Part shown: in pieces, positions 1 to 13,844 of the stretch
Position numbering within the stretch: position 1 is the first letter of the stretch
Layout of the letters: every line of letters starts with the position of its first letter
NCBI GenBank assembly: GCA_951406725.2
Contig: OX597815.1
Span: forward strand, 97,030,001 to 97,094,000
Reading direction: 5' to 3'
Source of the DNA: Octopus vulgaris
Lineage: Eukaryota
DNA length: 64,000 nucleotides
The notes under the pieces: generated by a model
Databases searched by the model: none
The model's input: only the letters and a program-made list of their open reading frames with translations
Told to the model about the DNA's origin: nothing
Program-made: the position numbers and the translations under genes

Positions 1-824
1 TGTGTTCATTTTTTTTAATATAAAAGTTAATAATTATTCACTGAAATATTTCAGGAGAAAGGTTATAGAAGCAAAGCAGAGGCTGGTGAGGTTGATGTGA
101 TTGATATTAGCTTTGAGCTCATTTTGGTAGATGATGGGAAAATGCCTATATTTCGAGAGACGGGATTGTGGAAGAGTAAGACTAACAACATCTAAAACAA
201 AGGTCTGTACAGAATCGTTAGAAAATGAAGAAATATGAACCGCAAACTTTGGAAATGTTTGCAATGATCCCACCTCACATACACGTGTCCTTGTGTATGT
301 GTTAATGATCGTGTGTCAGAGATATAAAGAAAGCGTTGCCACATCAGATTGCTAATCTTTCAACAACATTCTCTTTAGAACCAAATATTTATCCAAACTG
401 TAGCGACAAAAAATAAAGGATTCATTCTGCAGAGCTAATGTGAACAATGCGGAAGGTCGTATTTTCTCTCCCGTTTGCAGCATACATAGCAAGCTGGAAA
501 AAGTTGTATTAATGGACTTATCAAATTATAGTAAAAGGCAAGAAAACGAAAAAGAAATATTTATTAAAAAGGTGAAATTTCGTTACGATTAAATTATTAC
601 AAGCTCTAATATTTGCTCTGATTCGAATTACAAGAGTTAATTATTGAATGCTAATACTTATGATTTCAATAAGGCGAAGAATTGAAGTTAGGAATGAAGG
701 TGTCCCTGATGGTAAAAAGAGAAGCGAGAAAGGACTACATGACGTTTTGTTAGGTAATATCGGTATTTAGGTCTGCTTATTGTCGTACAGTATTTTCAGG
801 CAAATCACGACTGATATATAAATA

Positions 825-1197
825 TGCGTCGCTGTATGATAAGATGTTTGCTCCCTAACTACTGAGATCTGCGTTCAGTGCCACTGAGTAGTACTTTGAG
901 CAGGTGTCTCTTATTATGGCCTTAGGCCGACAAAAGCCTCGTGAATGGATTTGGTAATCTAAACTGTAAGAAACCCGTCGTATGTGTGTGTGTGGGAAGG
1001 GGGGGCAATGTGTTCCTATGTGTGACTGTGTGTATATATTTGTCCACCACCACCACCGCTTGGCAATTAGAGTTTTATGTGTTTACATCCCAGTAGCTTA
1101 GTCATTTGGCAAAGAGACTAAAAGAATAAGTACCAGGTTTAAAAAAATATAATCACTGGGCTTGAGACATTCGATAAAATTTCTTCTAAGCGATGCT
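825..1197 (+). mobile_element. tRNA-derived SINE, family A (octopus-type), diverged near-full-length copy
   Basis: Colinear with the copies at 38614, 30148 and 20830 (GGCCGACAAAAGCCTCGTGAATGGATTTGGTA...AACTGTAAGAAACCCGTCG, internal TG microsatellite, 3' AGAATAAGTAC tail); degenerate A/B boxes. Confidence 0.8.
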
Positions 1198-1524
1198 CAA
1201 TTTTAGCTCCAATAAGTACAAGTTCAAAGTTAAATATATCTTAGATTTCGTATGATCGTGTCCAGGTAAATATATTAGTCGATGAAATTCAAGTGCAGTC
1301 GCGCTTATATGTTTTATTTTTGTAGTCTACAATTTTATAATGTTACATATTATGATAAGTCAAGAGCTTTCATGCTTTCAGCAATTTTCAGGTTTATATA
1401 GTAGCAGTATTAACCGACATTTATATCTCACAACTGATAATTGTAGTGGAGTGCTTGAATTTGTCCTTGAAATAATTTCCAGTAAGCACCAGTAAGCTAT
1501 GTTAGGAGATGCCTTCTAACATAT

Positions 1525-1830
1525 CAGCGAGCGGCTTAGACATCAAGTTTGGGTGAATGCGCCAGCATAGTTGATATTGATACAGTGTTATTCATAGCAA
1601 AAAAGAAAAAAGCATCATAATAAAGCAGCGTGCGGCTTCGTTGTCACAGCTTCGTAAGCGCGCCAACACAGCGGACATTAGAAAGCGCGTATCAGAGAAT
1701 TTTTAATCAAAATCATGTAGAAAGGAGTTTGAGGTATATTCAGATGTAAAAAAAGACGTTTTTACGTGAAGAGAAAATGGGTAACACAGAATTCCCATCA
1801 CTCGCTATTATGGTAACTAAAACGACATAA
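1525..1830 (+). promoter_or_regulatory. CpG-enriched, non-repetitive-looking segment; possible promoter or first exon
   Basis: Local CpG cluster (GCGTGCGGCTTCG, GCGCGCC, GCGCGT) in CpG-poor DNA; AAAATGG at 1774-1780 followed by possible donors GTAACA (1781) and GTAACT (1813). Confidence 0.2.
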
Positions 1831-2913
1831 CTATCACTATTGATATATATTATAAAGAAAGATACATATCAGTATCCGAACTCTAAATCACATATATGTA
1901 TGCATGTATATGTGTATGTAGGTATGCGTGCATGTGTGTGTGCTCGCTTGCGTGTGTGTGCGTGTGTATGTATGTATATACGTATGTATGCTTGTATGTA
2001 CATATGAATGTATGTATGTATGTGAGTGTGTGCATGTATGTATACCTGAGTGGGTACGTATAAATATCTCACGGAATATCAGTCTAAGGACAGAAGTGGA
2101 TACTGTGTTTTTTTCATTCGAACTTCGAGAGGGACAGTGAAAACCATTCTGAAAGCGCATGGTATTGTGTTATCTTCGCGAGCAAGGAATTTTATCGTAT
2201 ATCTATTTGGTCACAGATTATCTCGGAATAAATAATAAATAGAAGCATTATAATTATGGATGCAGTATCATGTAATCATATTTTCCCTCTTCGTAATTTT
2301 TCATTCATTTTACCCAGCTTCTGTTCCTTTACATAAATTTCCCTCTTCGTCATTCTCTTGATCCTGTATCGTAGTTCTTTATTCTAATTTATTAAACTCA
2401 CCGTCCTGTTTGTTACTACTTTCTTGTAACCTATTCTTTCTCCTCCATTCTCTCACTGCTTGTTCTTTCTCTCATTCCATTTCTTTTTCCTTCTCTCTTC
2501 ACATGTGTGCCTAGAGGAGGTCTCTGTGAATGTACATATGCACATCTGATGTATACATACATCAGATTTACGTGCATCTAAGACTTGATTTTCATCTTTA
2601 AATTTCTCATAAACATTAGAATGTTAATGAGGAACATATAGATAATTTCAGCTTTGACTGCATCTATACATCCTGTACCCCACCATATGTGTAGCATAAG
2701 ATCACTCTTTGTTTTAATTAATGCGTATCTGCATTCATATGATTGTACACATAATTGCACTTCAGCGTGTGTCAACAAAACGGACCGATTCCGTCACTTA
2801 TTCTGTCTTTATGCTTCGCTTTTCTTTCTTCTATTTCTCTTTTCCCAACGAATTTTCGTCTCCATTTTCATTTGCATTAACTAACTTCCTTCATTATTAA
2901 CTCACATCTTAAA

Positions 2914-3125
2914 GCGGATGGCTGGCGGCATCTTTAGCACGCTGTGCAAAATGCTTAGCAGCCTTTCGCTTGGGTTTACGTTCGAAGTTCAAATTCCACC
3001 GAAAACGACTTACTTTTTATCGTTTCGGAGTAGATAAAATAAGTACCCGTGAACTATTGACGTAAATATCATTGAATTGTCCCCCTCATCGAAAGCTACT
3101 GGCTCTGTTCCAAACTATGAAACCA
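2914..3125 (+). mobile_element. tRNA-derived SINE, family B
   Basis: AAAATGCTTAGC...GTTCAAATTCCACCGA...GATAAAATAAGTACC, colinear with the young copy at 34193-34428. Confidence 0.8.
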
Positions 3126-3241
3126 ATAATTACTCAACCCTTCATTAGTTACTTGTCCCTTCGAAAATTTATCTCTATTAGCAATTGTTACTTCCCTTTC
3201 TCTGTAGTATTTTATTTCTTTCTTAAATTACATCTCATTAA

Positions 3242-3443
3242 GCGATGAGCTGGCAGGCTCTTTACCACACTGGGCAAAAAGTACTTCGTCCGTCTTTGCG
3301 TTCTGAGTTCAAATTACGCCGAGGTTGCCTTTCCCTTTCGTCATACCGAGGTCGATAAAATAAGTACCAATTGAACACTCGGATCAATGTGATCGACTTA
3401 TCCGCTGCAGAAAGTACTGATCTTGTTCTAAACTTTGAAACCA
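3242..3443 (+). mobile_element. tRNA-derived SINE, family B
   Basis: GAGCTGGCAG...GTTCTGAGTTCAAATTACGCCGAGGT...GTCGATAAAATAAGTACCA. Confidence 0.85.
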
Positions 3444-4549
3444 TTTATTATATATTTCTATATGGGCCTGTATATTTATTTCTGTATTTGTGCGTGCGGG
3501 TGAAAAGGGTGCGCGCGCGTGTGATTGTTTGCACTTCTGAGAATGTTCCTTTCTCTCTTTATGAGCATGGTCATTTCTACTTGAAGCTCAATGAGACTTT
3601 CGTCTTCTTTACACGGTCGCACATTCAACCACATCGAATATCTGCCCCTACCAAATCCCATTCTCAATAACGTTTATGATACATAAACACGTTTCGTTCA
3701 ATCTTTCCGATTGAATTTAGGTGGAGTTTTGAACTCGTTTGCATTCATTTTGTTTTTCCTAATATGTTTCCATATTTGAGAACGCTGTAAAATATTTTTT
3801 TTCATTTTCTTACTCTATTTTATATTCTCCTTTACAAAACACGGAAAATAATACTGGTAATGGAAAATCTTATGTGATTCCATCGTATTCCATTATATGC
3901 TAATCCGAAATTGCTTATAATATTCCAAAACATACGTCTTATGAAGAACGAGAATTATAAATTACAGGTGGGAATTTTATGCCGTCAAATTATATCATTT
4001 CTTATTTCATTTTTTTTTTCTTTTCACGCTTCCTCCTTATGTCCCTCTCTCACGTTTTCAGTAAGCATTCTCCTTAGAACATTTCCTGTGACATACCTTA
4101 CACTCCATTCATAATTATCCCAGATATGTTAAAGTAACATTATCTGAAGCGTCGACAATTTATAAGGCATTGAATGATTTCCAGTGTCAAACACTATATT
4201 TACACATCACATATTGCTTCACCATCCAAGTGTATTTTAGTTTAAATTCTTCACCATTTCTCAACACGCTCACCTAGAAGATGATAAACCTGACTAGATA
4301 ATAAGGGATCAAGCTATGATTGCAGATGACTGTAAGTTCATGGATTGCACTGATGTCAAAGAGAAATCAGCAAATATCACATATGTAATTTACTACTGAG
4401 TAAAAGGCCGTACCTCACATAATTTATAATGCTGCGATATTATACCCCTTGTGACAATTTTAGATTATGAAAGATGATGCTCATAAAAGTGTATTCATAC
4501 ATAAACTATTTAAACCTGAAATCAAATTTCCTCTTGAAACACTAGTTTG

Positions 4550-4605
<56 letters not shown>

Positions 4606-4907
4606 CTACCTTTTTCGAATCAAATATATAGACATGCGCTGTCAAACACACAAATGCAGTGTAAGCGGCACACGTCTAACACAGTGAAAAACTTTGCCAT
4701 GAGAAAATGAAAGAGAGAGGCATATATATGTAGCAAGAGAGGGAGAGAAAGAGAGAAAGAGACTGCGAGAAGGGGATTTTTTTGAAATTTTGAAATTTTA
4801 AAATTAAGAGAACATGTTCAAATTTGGCATATTGATGTATATATTTCCATGATGAATAGGCATTTATGAATCATGAATACTAGAATATATTGCAGAAAAA
4901 TATTCTT

Positions 4908-5035
4908 GAGATAGAATAAGTACTAAGCTTACAAAGAATAAGTCCTGGGTTGATTTATTCGACTAAAGGCGGTGCTCCAGCATGGCCGCAATCAAATGGC
5001 TGAAACAAATGAAAGAATAAAGGAATAAAGGAATA
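4908..5035 (+). mobile_element. 5'-truncated SINE family A (3' tail)
   Basis: GATAGAATAAGTACTAAGCTTACAAAGAATAAGTCCTGGG...GGCGGTGCTCCAGCATGGCCGCAATCAAATGGCTGAAACAA plus AAAGAAT tail repeats; matches the 3' end of the 825-1197 copy. Confidence 0.75.
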
Positions 5036-5666
5036 GATGTGTAAAGTTTCATCATTTTTACCCACTCAGAAAACATGATATGGAAGCGAGGCATTGTGAA
5101 TGTTATAACCTGTGTATCATAAAATGGAAATAAATCTGAAAGGACGAGGTTTTAAAGAAAATTCTAGTTATACGTGTGAGATAATATATATACAAAGCAT
5201 GTGAGTATAAAAGACTATAATAAATGTAAATATATATCGAGAGAGAGGGAGAGAGAGAGAGAAACATTGATGAGGATAGAGAGCGGAGGATAGCGATAGT
5301 GACGGTCGCTCTATAATTTGGGTTTCAGTTAAGGATTGCTTCACACACCAACCTATGCTGCATCACATTGTGGACAACTAGCCTATGTTAAAAGTGTGTG
5401 CTCTTCTGTGGAAGCATCATTCACTATAATCAGTTTCCCGCACATTAATTTGTTGGATAACTAATTTGTGCCTATACTAAGGGTTATTAAATAGACGTGA
5501 TTGAAGAGCAGTTAACATTCCCGTTAAAATGCTTAAAGGCATTTTGTCCGTTCTTTTGTCTGAGGTTAATTTCCGCCGTGATATACCAGTCAAGTACTGA
5601 TGTTAATATAATCAACTTCACTTTTCAAAAACTGTTCACACTTCGCCAAATTTGAAGCCACTATTT

Positions 5667-5860
5667 AGGCGGCGGGTTAACAGAAAATTTAGCACCCGGT
5701 AAAATGCTTAGCAATATTTCGGCTGTCATATTTCTGATTTCAAGTACCAGCGGGATCAACTCGGATTTTCCTCCTCTTAGGGCCAATTAAATTATTACTG
5801 GTTGAGAATTAGAGTCGATGTACTTGTCTACTACCCACCTGCAAAATCTAGGAGACGAGC
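5667..5860 (+). mobile_element. degenerate SINE family B
   Basis: GGCGGCGGGTTAACAGAAAATTTAGCACCCGGTAAAATGCTTAGC head; body weakly similar. Confidence 0.6.
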
Positions 5861-6169
5861 CTATATTAGAAAGGTCTGTTGTAGTGTTGATGTTGTTGTT
5901 GTTGTGGTTATTATTATTATGAATATTGGGTGAGAGATCAGAGCAATAAAGTAACACTGGGGTAAAATATACAAAGCCCAGTATACCCATCATGATTACC
6001 CGTCTGATAAGATTACACCATGCACATGTATCACAACCATATGTGCGCGACATGGTAATCTCATATCAAGATTAACAGCGCTTGACTTTGCAGGTGGGGA
6101 CCGAGATACAATTTTGTCCAGGTCGAGTAACTCATCCCACACAATAGGTCCCTGAATAACGTTTGTTTA

Positions 6170-6388
<219 letters not shown>

Positions 6389-6843
6389 CTTTACATGATT
6401 GCTCGTTTTGTTGAGTTTGTTATTTATGTACTGTTGCATAGAGCAGAAAGTTATTTTTGGAGCCTCCTTATGTAAAACATTAATTATGGTCCGTGAAGAA
6501 TCTTTTCAAGGAAAATGGACAAGGATAGAATATTTCAAAGAAAACAGACGAAACGGCTTAACGAAAGTAGAATCTAGGTCACATATTGATCTACCTTCCG
6601 CAAATGAAAACCACTCTTCTGATACATCTGTTTTAATGCGCGAACCATTTCTAAAATCAATACATTTTTGAGAACGTAAAACGTACACTTAACATACCAA
6701 TGTCATTTAATGCACTGTCTATTTCCATCACTCTCCCTTTCACTGCATCACTGTTTGTCTGTCTGCTTGTCTGCCAGTCTTTCTCCCTCTCTCTCTTTCT
6801 CTCCCTCATTCTATCTTTTTCTCACCCACTCATTTTTCCTCCC

Positions 6844-6874
<31 letters not shown>

Positions 6875-8970
6875 AACATTTAGAAATAAGTAAATACAGA
6901 TATAAATATATCAATAAATGTTGGGTATCTTCATATTGTATAGTACACAGATGCGTGTGGGTTATGTACGTAAGGTCTTCTTCACATAAAACGATATTTT
7001 TTTTATTGACTTACATTAAAGATTTAATTAAACAGTAAACTTTTGTTTTTACATGTAACTATGCAAATGAAACTATTCTATATTGGTTTTGCATTGTTTT
7101 ATTACTGATTTCACTCTTTGCTACTTCGCTTGTCTTTGTATTCCAATGATAAAATCAGAGAAGAATCTGTCGAACGAAAGTTATAGTCATTGTTCATTTA
7201 TTCTCTGCTTTCACATGTTGATTTCCCTGTTGGTCTTCTGTTTTAATGGACGCATTGTCTTTGTCTGAAGCCTTTTGTAGTTTAACTGTTGTTCGGTTTG
7301 TCTTACGTTTTCAACAATTGTTTCTTACACAAGATACGTTGCTATGTAAAAAGCAGTTATTCTATGTTATTGTGTCGCAGATATGGCGTCAAGGAGAATG
7401 AAATCAATGAGAGTCAGATATCGCCGTGAAGTAATGTCAGTTTTATTCTGAACATTTGTTCGGCAACTTCGCTCTATTTATCTTCTGTTAAGTCAGGTTC
7501 AATAGTTTTGAATATTCAGCAGTGAGCATATGAGATCCTCTTGTTTAATGGTTCGGTACGCATCTTAACGGGAAGCTATAATAGTCCTGTGAATAATGTT
7601 TTGTCTCTCTTTACACGTATCGTTAATTTAATTCGATTCAATAAAACTAGTCGTAAATACTTGAGGAAGACCGTCGTTTCCTATCTTAGTCTATAAAATT
7701 GAAATTTGATACCAATGCATTATATTACTTATTGATACTGGAGTTACAGTCGATGAGAATTTATATGGTCCATAGTGCAGATTTGACAATAGAATATTCT
7801 ATAGTGTGTACTAAGTTGATCAAGCCTACAACCTGATGAATTAGCAGTTTCATATCGCTTATATCATGCTTCAGTGTGTCAAATATAGACAACAAGAAGA
7901 TTTATTATAAATACAGCAAAAAGAAACGAAAAATATATTAGTAACACAGTACTAGGTTGCCAAATCAACATGATCAGCAATAGTGCTACATGTCATCAAG
8001 CAATTTAAATAAGTTTTTTTTTTTAAATATGCATATGAAATTTCAAAGAACTGGGGAAAAATGCGATCTGTTAGTTTATAATAATCCTATGAACATGCTA
8101 TTGTGAAACCAAATGGATGGATTTAAGCTATCCTGTTTAATTAATTAGCCTTGTAGAATTAGGATGTTTTACAGCTTCTTTCTCGCATATTTACGAAATG
8201 CACCATCGAATATTTAACAATTCACACAGAACTATACTTTCCGAGCACTTATGCCGTTTCATTAATGAACGAGAGTAGCAACAAAATTTTCCGTAGGCAA
8301 TGACTCAATAAAATTGATAGGTATATAGACATCCCTAACATAATAAATTTTATAAACGTCCTGATATGCAGGACACAAAATTTCCAGCAAGTGTTTTCAT
8401 TTTCATTATCATCATCATCAACACTACCTCCAGTATCACCACCGTGACGAACAGCAGCAGTTCTATCGTTCTTATTACAATTCCATTGGAAACAATATTC
8501 TGTCATTACTGTCAGATCTCGTCACCGCTTGCTTATTCTTGTAATTATTATTATAATTGTCATCACTGCCATTGCATCTATTAACGTGACTGAAGTTGGT
8601 AGTTTTATTGCAATGACTGTTGTTACTGATTGTTATTATTAGTTTCAGTATTGTTTCCTCCAGTTACCGATCCTAATATAACATTAGCGTACATTAGCGT
8701 TAACATTATTATTTTCTTTAATACTAGCATAGCCATGTCTACAAAATTGCCGACAGTTTTATTAATGATAGAAAATGACGCATCAACACAATTGAAGAAA
8801 CCATTGATAAGTATCAGCAATCTAGTAAATATATGTACATACACAGAATTAAAGTACTTGAAGAATCATATATGGTTGTACTGTCTCCTTTGAAAATATC
8901 GTGAACATAATTTATGTGTGTGTGTGCTTACACACATACATATATATATATATATGTATATACATATATT

Positions 8971-10000
8971 CTAGCAATGCATCGCGGCGTTACCCGGGTG
9001 TAATAGCCAACAGCCATATTGTATTATTCGTTTCTTTCTTATGAGTAGAATAGCAAATTAGATTATAATGAAATCCTAAAAAATGCCCACAAAATGACCT
9101 AGACCTACGGATGTAGAGAATTGGATAAAGAATGAGAACGTAGAGGTATCCGTATTGCAAAAAGTAAGGTACATGGAAAGTAAGCTGTTTCATTGTGAAA
9201 AGCACCATCTATGTAATGTTTTGGCAGACTGAACACTTCAACGTAAGTTAAGTGAAGCCGACAATGCTTTGGGTAAACCATGTGATGCGTAAGTCAAGTG
9301 TTGGCAGAGTAAATATATATATCCACTGCCATCTGTTCTGTTAACTCAAGAGCATGCTACATATTGTTGTCCGTGAGAAAAGTAGGGTTGCTGTAAATTG
9401 TGACACATGATTTTTAAAGTTTGACCCTGGGCTTTGTTGATTGTCATAGAGAAGCACAATCGCGCTGGGAACTGGAGGCGCTTGAACTGAAATAGCACAT
9501 TTGATGGAATACAGGGCATGCAGGTAATGTATGCGATCTCTTCTAGATGACGGCAATAATAGTTGCTTCTAGGACATGACTTGTCATTGTAGTTATAATC
9601 AATCTTGTACCATTAAATAGTCGCGGTGGGTGCAAATTCCTCAAGAGTTAGATAAGTGCACTTTTCTTTAGGAACATCGTATGCGGTAGCAGTCCTGTGA
9701 GTTGTAGGGAGTTGACGAATTCAATTGGATACTCAACAGTGGGGACAATGGAGACAAACGTTAAAGCATCTCTATCTAGAATGTGGAGGAGTTCATGCTT
9801 TATTTTATCAATGCTTTCATTTCGAGGTACTAAAATAGCTCTCTCTGCAGACCATGCTGCTTTTGAAGTTGTCTTACATTTTCTTTAAGATCGGCCAATG
9901 TAGACACCATGAGCCCAAATTGCAGTACATGCTGTTCCTAAGGGGTCGTTCTAGAAAAGAGCTCGTATATTTTTGCTTAATGAAAGGTGACGAACAAACC
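8971..10000 (-). mobile_element. Helitron 3' remnant (5' boundary uncertain, may extend to ~10580)
   Basis: Minus-strand 3' end: GC-rich hairpin CCCGGGTAACGCCGCG (8983-8998) followed 8 nt later by terminal CTAG (8971-8974); helicase C-terminus lies upstream. Confidence 0.85.
9335..9920 (-). pseudogene. Helitron Rep-Hel PIF1-like helicase C-terminal fragment, with stops and frameshifts
   Basis: Manual translation: ERAILVPRN...EYPIEFVNSLQLTG...LLRNLHPPRLFNGTRL...FQFKRLQFPARLCFSMTINKAQGQTLK...FSHGQQYVACS*V, the hallmark Helitron helicase motifs. Confidence 0.92.
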
Positions 10001-10393
10001 ACCACAGAGGTGAAAACTTTTTCCGTGCATTATAATCGGAAATTGAAAGAGAAAGATAATGCCTAATTCTACGCATGCGTGAGACATGGGTCTAAAATGA
10101 AAATGACCTGAAAATTTGTACGACACGACCTCGGTTCTGCGGTCGTCCGCGTCCCCTTCTCTCTTCCTTTCCAGCTCTTTGTGCCGGCTTTTTTCACTTT
10201 CAACTATGGAACATGCATAGGGTATGAAACATCAACGTCTATCTTTCACCCGTTATCCATCGTTCAACATCTCCCGTAGGTGTCTGTGTGTGTGTATAAG
10301 TGTATGCGATAGAGAAAGAGAGAGATAGAGTCAGTGAGTGAACGTGTGTGTCGTGATGGATGTATTTTAAAGTACGCACTCACATAGAAAATG

Positions 10394-10423
10394 TGACGTC
10401 ATCGTGGTCGTCGCAGTATAAAA
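10394..10423 (+). promoter_or_regulatory. full CRE palindrome followed by a TATA-like box
   Basis: TGACGTCA at 10394-10401 and TATAAAA at 10417-10423; motif match only. Confidence 0.25.
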
Positions 10424-11624
10424 TGTTTACGACAGTTGACTTATGGAAAAGATATGTTGAACTTTATTGCCAAAAGTTAATAAGGGCTTGCGTGAGAAAG
10501 GGAAGACATGGAACAATTAACTAAAACGGAAGAAAAAGTAACATTCTCTCTCCCATCTCCTTCATTTTGTTCTTTATATAAGTACACACATACACACACA
10601 CACATACGCACGCACACACATATACTAACACAACACTTGGAAATAAATAATGTATGAGTGTATAATATATATACATATACAAATATTTGTTCATCATCTC
10701 TTTTGGTTTCTAAATTAAGGCCCCTTTCTCTTGCTCCATAACCAGTGAGAGGCTCTTGTAACTGTCTCCAATTCTGCAAGCAACTCTCCATCTTACTTAT
10801 CTTCTTATTCCAATTTCTGTAAGCGATCACCCACAGCCAGTATAGACTAGGAATAGACAAACTTGCTTCCTATCTGCTTGCAACCTGCAGAAACTATGGT
10901 GCCTGGCACGTTTCAATTTAAAGGTCTAATCAGATCCTATATATTAAGCCTAGTATTAACATTAAAATGTATCAAATGACAAAAAAGGCAAATAAAACAC
11001 GCAACATTTTTCCACTTCTTCTCGCAGGTACCACTATCCATAAAATTTAAAAGCTAAATATTGCTTCCCTGTTTAGCGGCTGTAGCGAATCCAATATTAC
11101 TTTGTTTGAAACGAAACCACAGTTCAATTTGAAAATGTTATCCTTTTATTTAATACCAAAACTTTTTGCTCTACACATAAAGTTTATATTATCTTCCTAT
11201 TACAGGTTTAGTATTACCTGATGCTACTTATATTGACATATAAGCATATAATGCTGTCACCTAATATTACTTATATTTCATATGAATAAACTCATATTCC
11301 GAAACACATATTCCGAAATAGATTCGCTGTTATGTTCTAGGTCATCGGGCCTCATCGAGAGTTATTGGTGAGAGCTTAAACATTCTAAATATGTTAGTCA
11401 TAAGAAATGTTATACTATAATTGCATAGCAGTGATGCTATTGATGATGAGAGACAAAATGTCCATGCTTAGTTACGTTTCGATTACTTTAACCAATATAA
11501 GTATTTAAATTGGTCTACCTGAGTAAATGTTCTACAGATGAATGATATATCAGAACAATATTAATCATATCCAACCCAATGAAATTATCACTGACACCTT
11601 GCTAATATTGATTTCAACTTTTCG

Positions 11625-11775
11625 CACAAGATCAGCAATTTTCGAGGCAAGGCTAGTTGATTATATCGACGGCAGTGTTCTACTGCTATTTATTTTCTCT
11701 TTCTCGGAAGAATAAATGGTAAAGTTGACGTCGGTGGAATTTGAACTAAGAACGTAAAGACGGACGAAATGCCAT
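11625..11775 (-). mobile_element. SINE family B
   Basis: Reverse orientation: AAAGTTGACGTCGGTGGAATTTGAACTAAGAACGTAAAGACGGACGAAATGCC. Confidence 0.75.
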
Positions 11776-11816
11776 CTCTCCGTCTTACGTCTTGAAAATA
11801 TTGCACTCCCGTTTAA

Positions 11817-12018
11817 GGCAACGAACTGGCAGGATCGTTAGCATACCGAGAAAAATGAATTACAGGCATTTTTTCGTCTTTAGGTTCTGAATTCCTCCGA
11901 TGTTAATTTTACTTTTAATCCTGTTGGGTGCGGTGGGAAGTCGATAAGAAAAGGTTCTAGTTGGTGAAATCGACTCGATCCCACCCTCAAAATTGCTGGC
12001 TTTTGGCCAAAATTTCAA
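11817..12018 (+). mobile_element. SINE family B
   Basis: GGCAACGAACTGGCAGGATCGTTAGCA...AAAATTGCTGGCTTTTGGCCAAAATTTCAAAC. Confidence 0.7.
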
Positions 12019-13180
12019 ACTAGTTAGCTGAAGAAGGACTCGAGCAAATATTTTAGACACTGCAAAAAGAAGAGAATATGAATAAACATGTTCCAGCACA
12101 TAAGAAGATTATTTATGCATAAACTAATTAATCAAATGTTTAAGAATTTATTTAATGCACACCAAATTCTCATTCAGTAAAGCGTGTGGTACTTCGGCGT
12201 GGATCCCTATGTTATTCATATTGTAATGAAGTCTTATAATCGGATGCCGAATATATGTAGAATTGAATGCATTATGACATCTGATTTCGCAGAAATGAGA
12301 CATGCCAGCTACAACACAAAATAACACCAAGCAAATATATTAATCTACAAATCAGATGGTGCAGTTGTTACAGTTATTTTAAAACATTAGTAAACTAAGT
12401 TATATAACAATACAGAGGTGTATGTAATAAAATGTATACAATAGACAAACCAGCATTTACATCAAATAAATCAAATAATGTATATCACATAAACTATGTG
12501 TCTCGACTACTGAATAAACACAATTCAAAAGATAGTTGATAGATGAACAAGTTCTTAACACTTACCTTCATGAAATCTCAATACACAATGCAATTACGAA
12601 GTGAATAAAACGAATAATAGTTTTAAAAAAGGTAAACAAAAGTTTATTTAAACGACAATAGACAAACCTGCAAGCAATAGATTATCAATTCATCGGTATA
12701 AAGCAATTTAAAAGTTCAGCTATAATTATGTAAGTTTCAAGACTTGTATCTGTCATTAAAACAATCTATATAGATACTATTATTCAACCTGTCGACGAGG
12801 GAGATCCTGTATGATTATTCAAACTACATGCTTGTTATATTCACCAATACTTGTTATATTCATCTTTTTACGTACAGACACCATGTGTTGCTTATATTTC
12901 ATAGATATCATATGTATAAATATAGCGGCCGTATGTAGAACAGGCATTTTGGTATTAATAAATAAGTTCTTTTTCAATATACCAACATATTCTAGCTTAT
13001 TACAAATCCATTCTGCGGGAAATAAATTGTATTAGGTATTCAATAGTTAGAATATTATAGATAAATTGTGGTATACTTGTTCAAAATATGAAATATATTC
13101 TTATTTCAGAGACAGATAGAATACTTTCAAAACATTTAATTTCGGTGATGGGGAAGTTATATATATATATAATATATACA

Positions 13181-13225
<45 letters not shown>

Positions 13226-13683
13226 GTGTGTGTCTGTGTGTGTATATATCGAAACGCGTGTGTGGGTAATCGGAATCGTGTTGATTCATTGTTTTTCTCT
13301 TTGCCTACATAAAAAAAGTGGTTTACAGTCTTGGAGATTCTGACTATAGTAGAAAAGGAATTTTTAACTCCTATTTCTAAATTCGGTGTGTGGTGAAGCA
13401 ACTAGATGATTCCTTATTGGAATTATGTTTATAATTATGGAATATTTGTATATATATAAAGGTGTAGAAAGAAAGTTAACTTCAAGCAATCCGAAGTAAA
13501 TATAGAAACAATTTTCAAAGCATGTGAAGAGAGTTCATAATGCATAGCTGTGCATTATGTAAGAGAATGTGCAAAACTTCGCAGGACTCTAGAGTCATGC
13601 AATTGTCTTATATTGCATCAACATTGACTCATTTCATTGATTCTTTCTGTCAATAGCATTGCTCGTGTACGAGAAAGGAGCTG

Positions 13684-13844
<161 letters not shown>

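Noticed and set aside
34-273. 79-aa minus-strand ORF, and a TTTCAG acceptor at 54 opening a 46-codon + frame
   Set aside because: No recognisable protein motif; at the window edge, so context cannot be judged
4262-4295. Minus-strand CTTCTAG|GTGAGC AG-GT juxtaposition
   Set aside because: Short pyrimidine tract with a competing AG close upstream; compatible with chance
5930-6165. Segment resembling a recalled cephalopod interspersed repeat (possible LINE UTR)
   Set aside because: Only one copy in the window and no diagnostic motif, so the assignment cannot be supported here
8390-8830. Ser/Thr/Ile-rich ORFs
   Set aside because: Cryptic trinucleotide low-complexity sequence (ATC/ATT/AGC)
11005-11035. 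CTTCTTCTCGCAG|GTACCA as a second ratchet point
   Set aside because: Good acceptor, but the regenerated donor GTACCA is weak and there is no clear branch point or RS-exon donor
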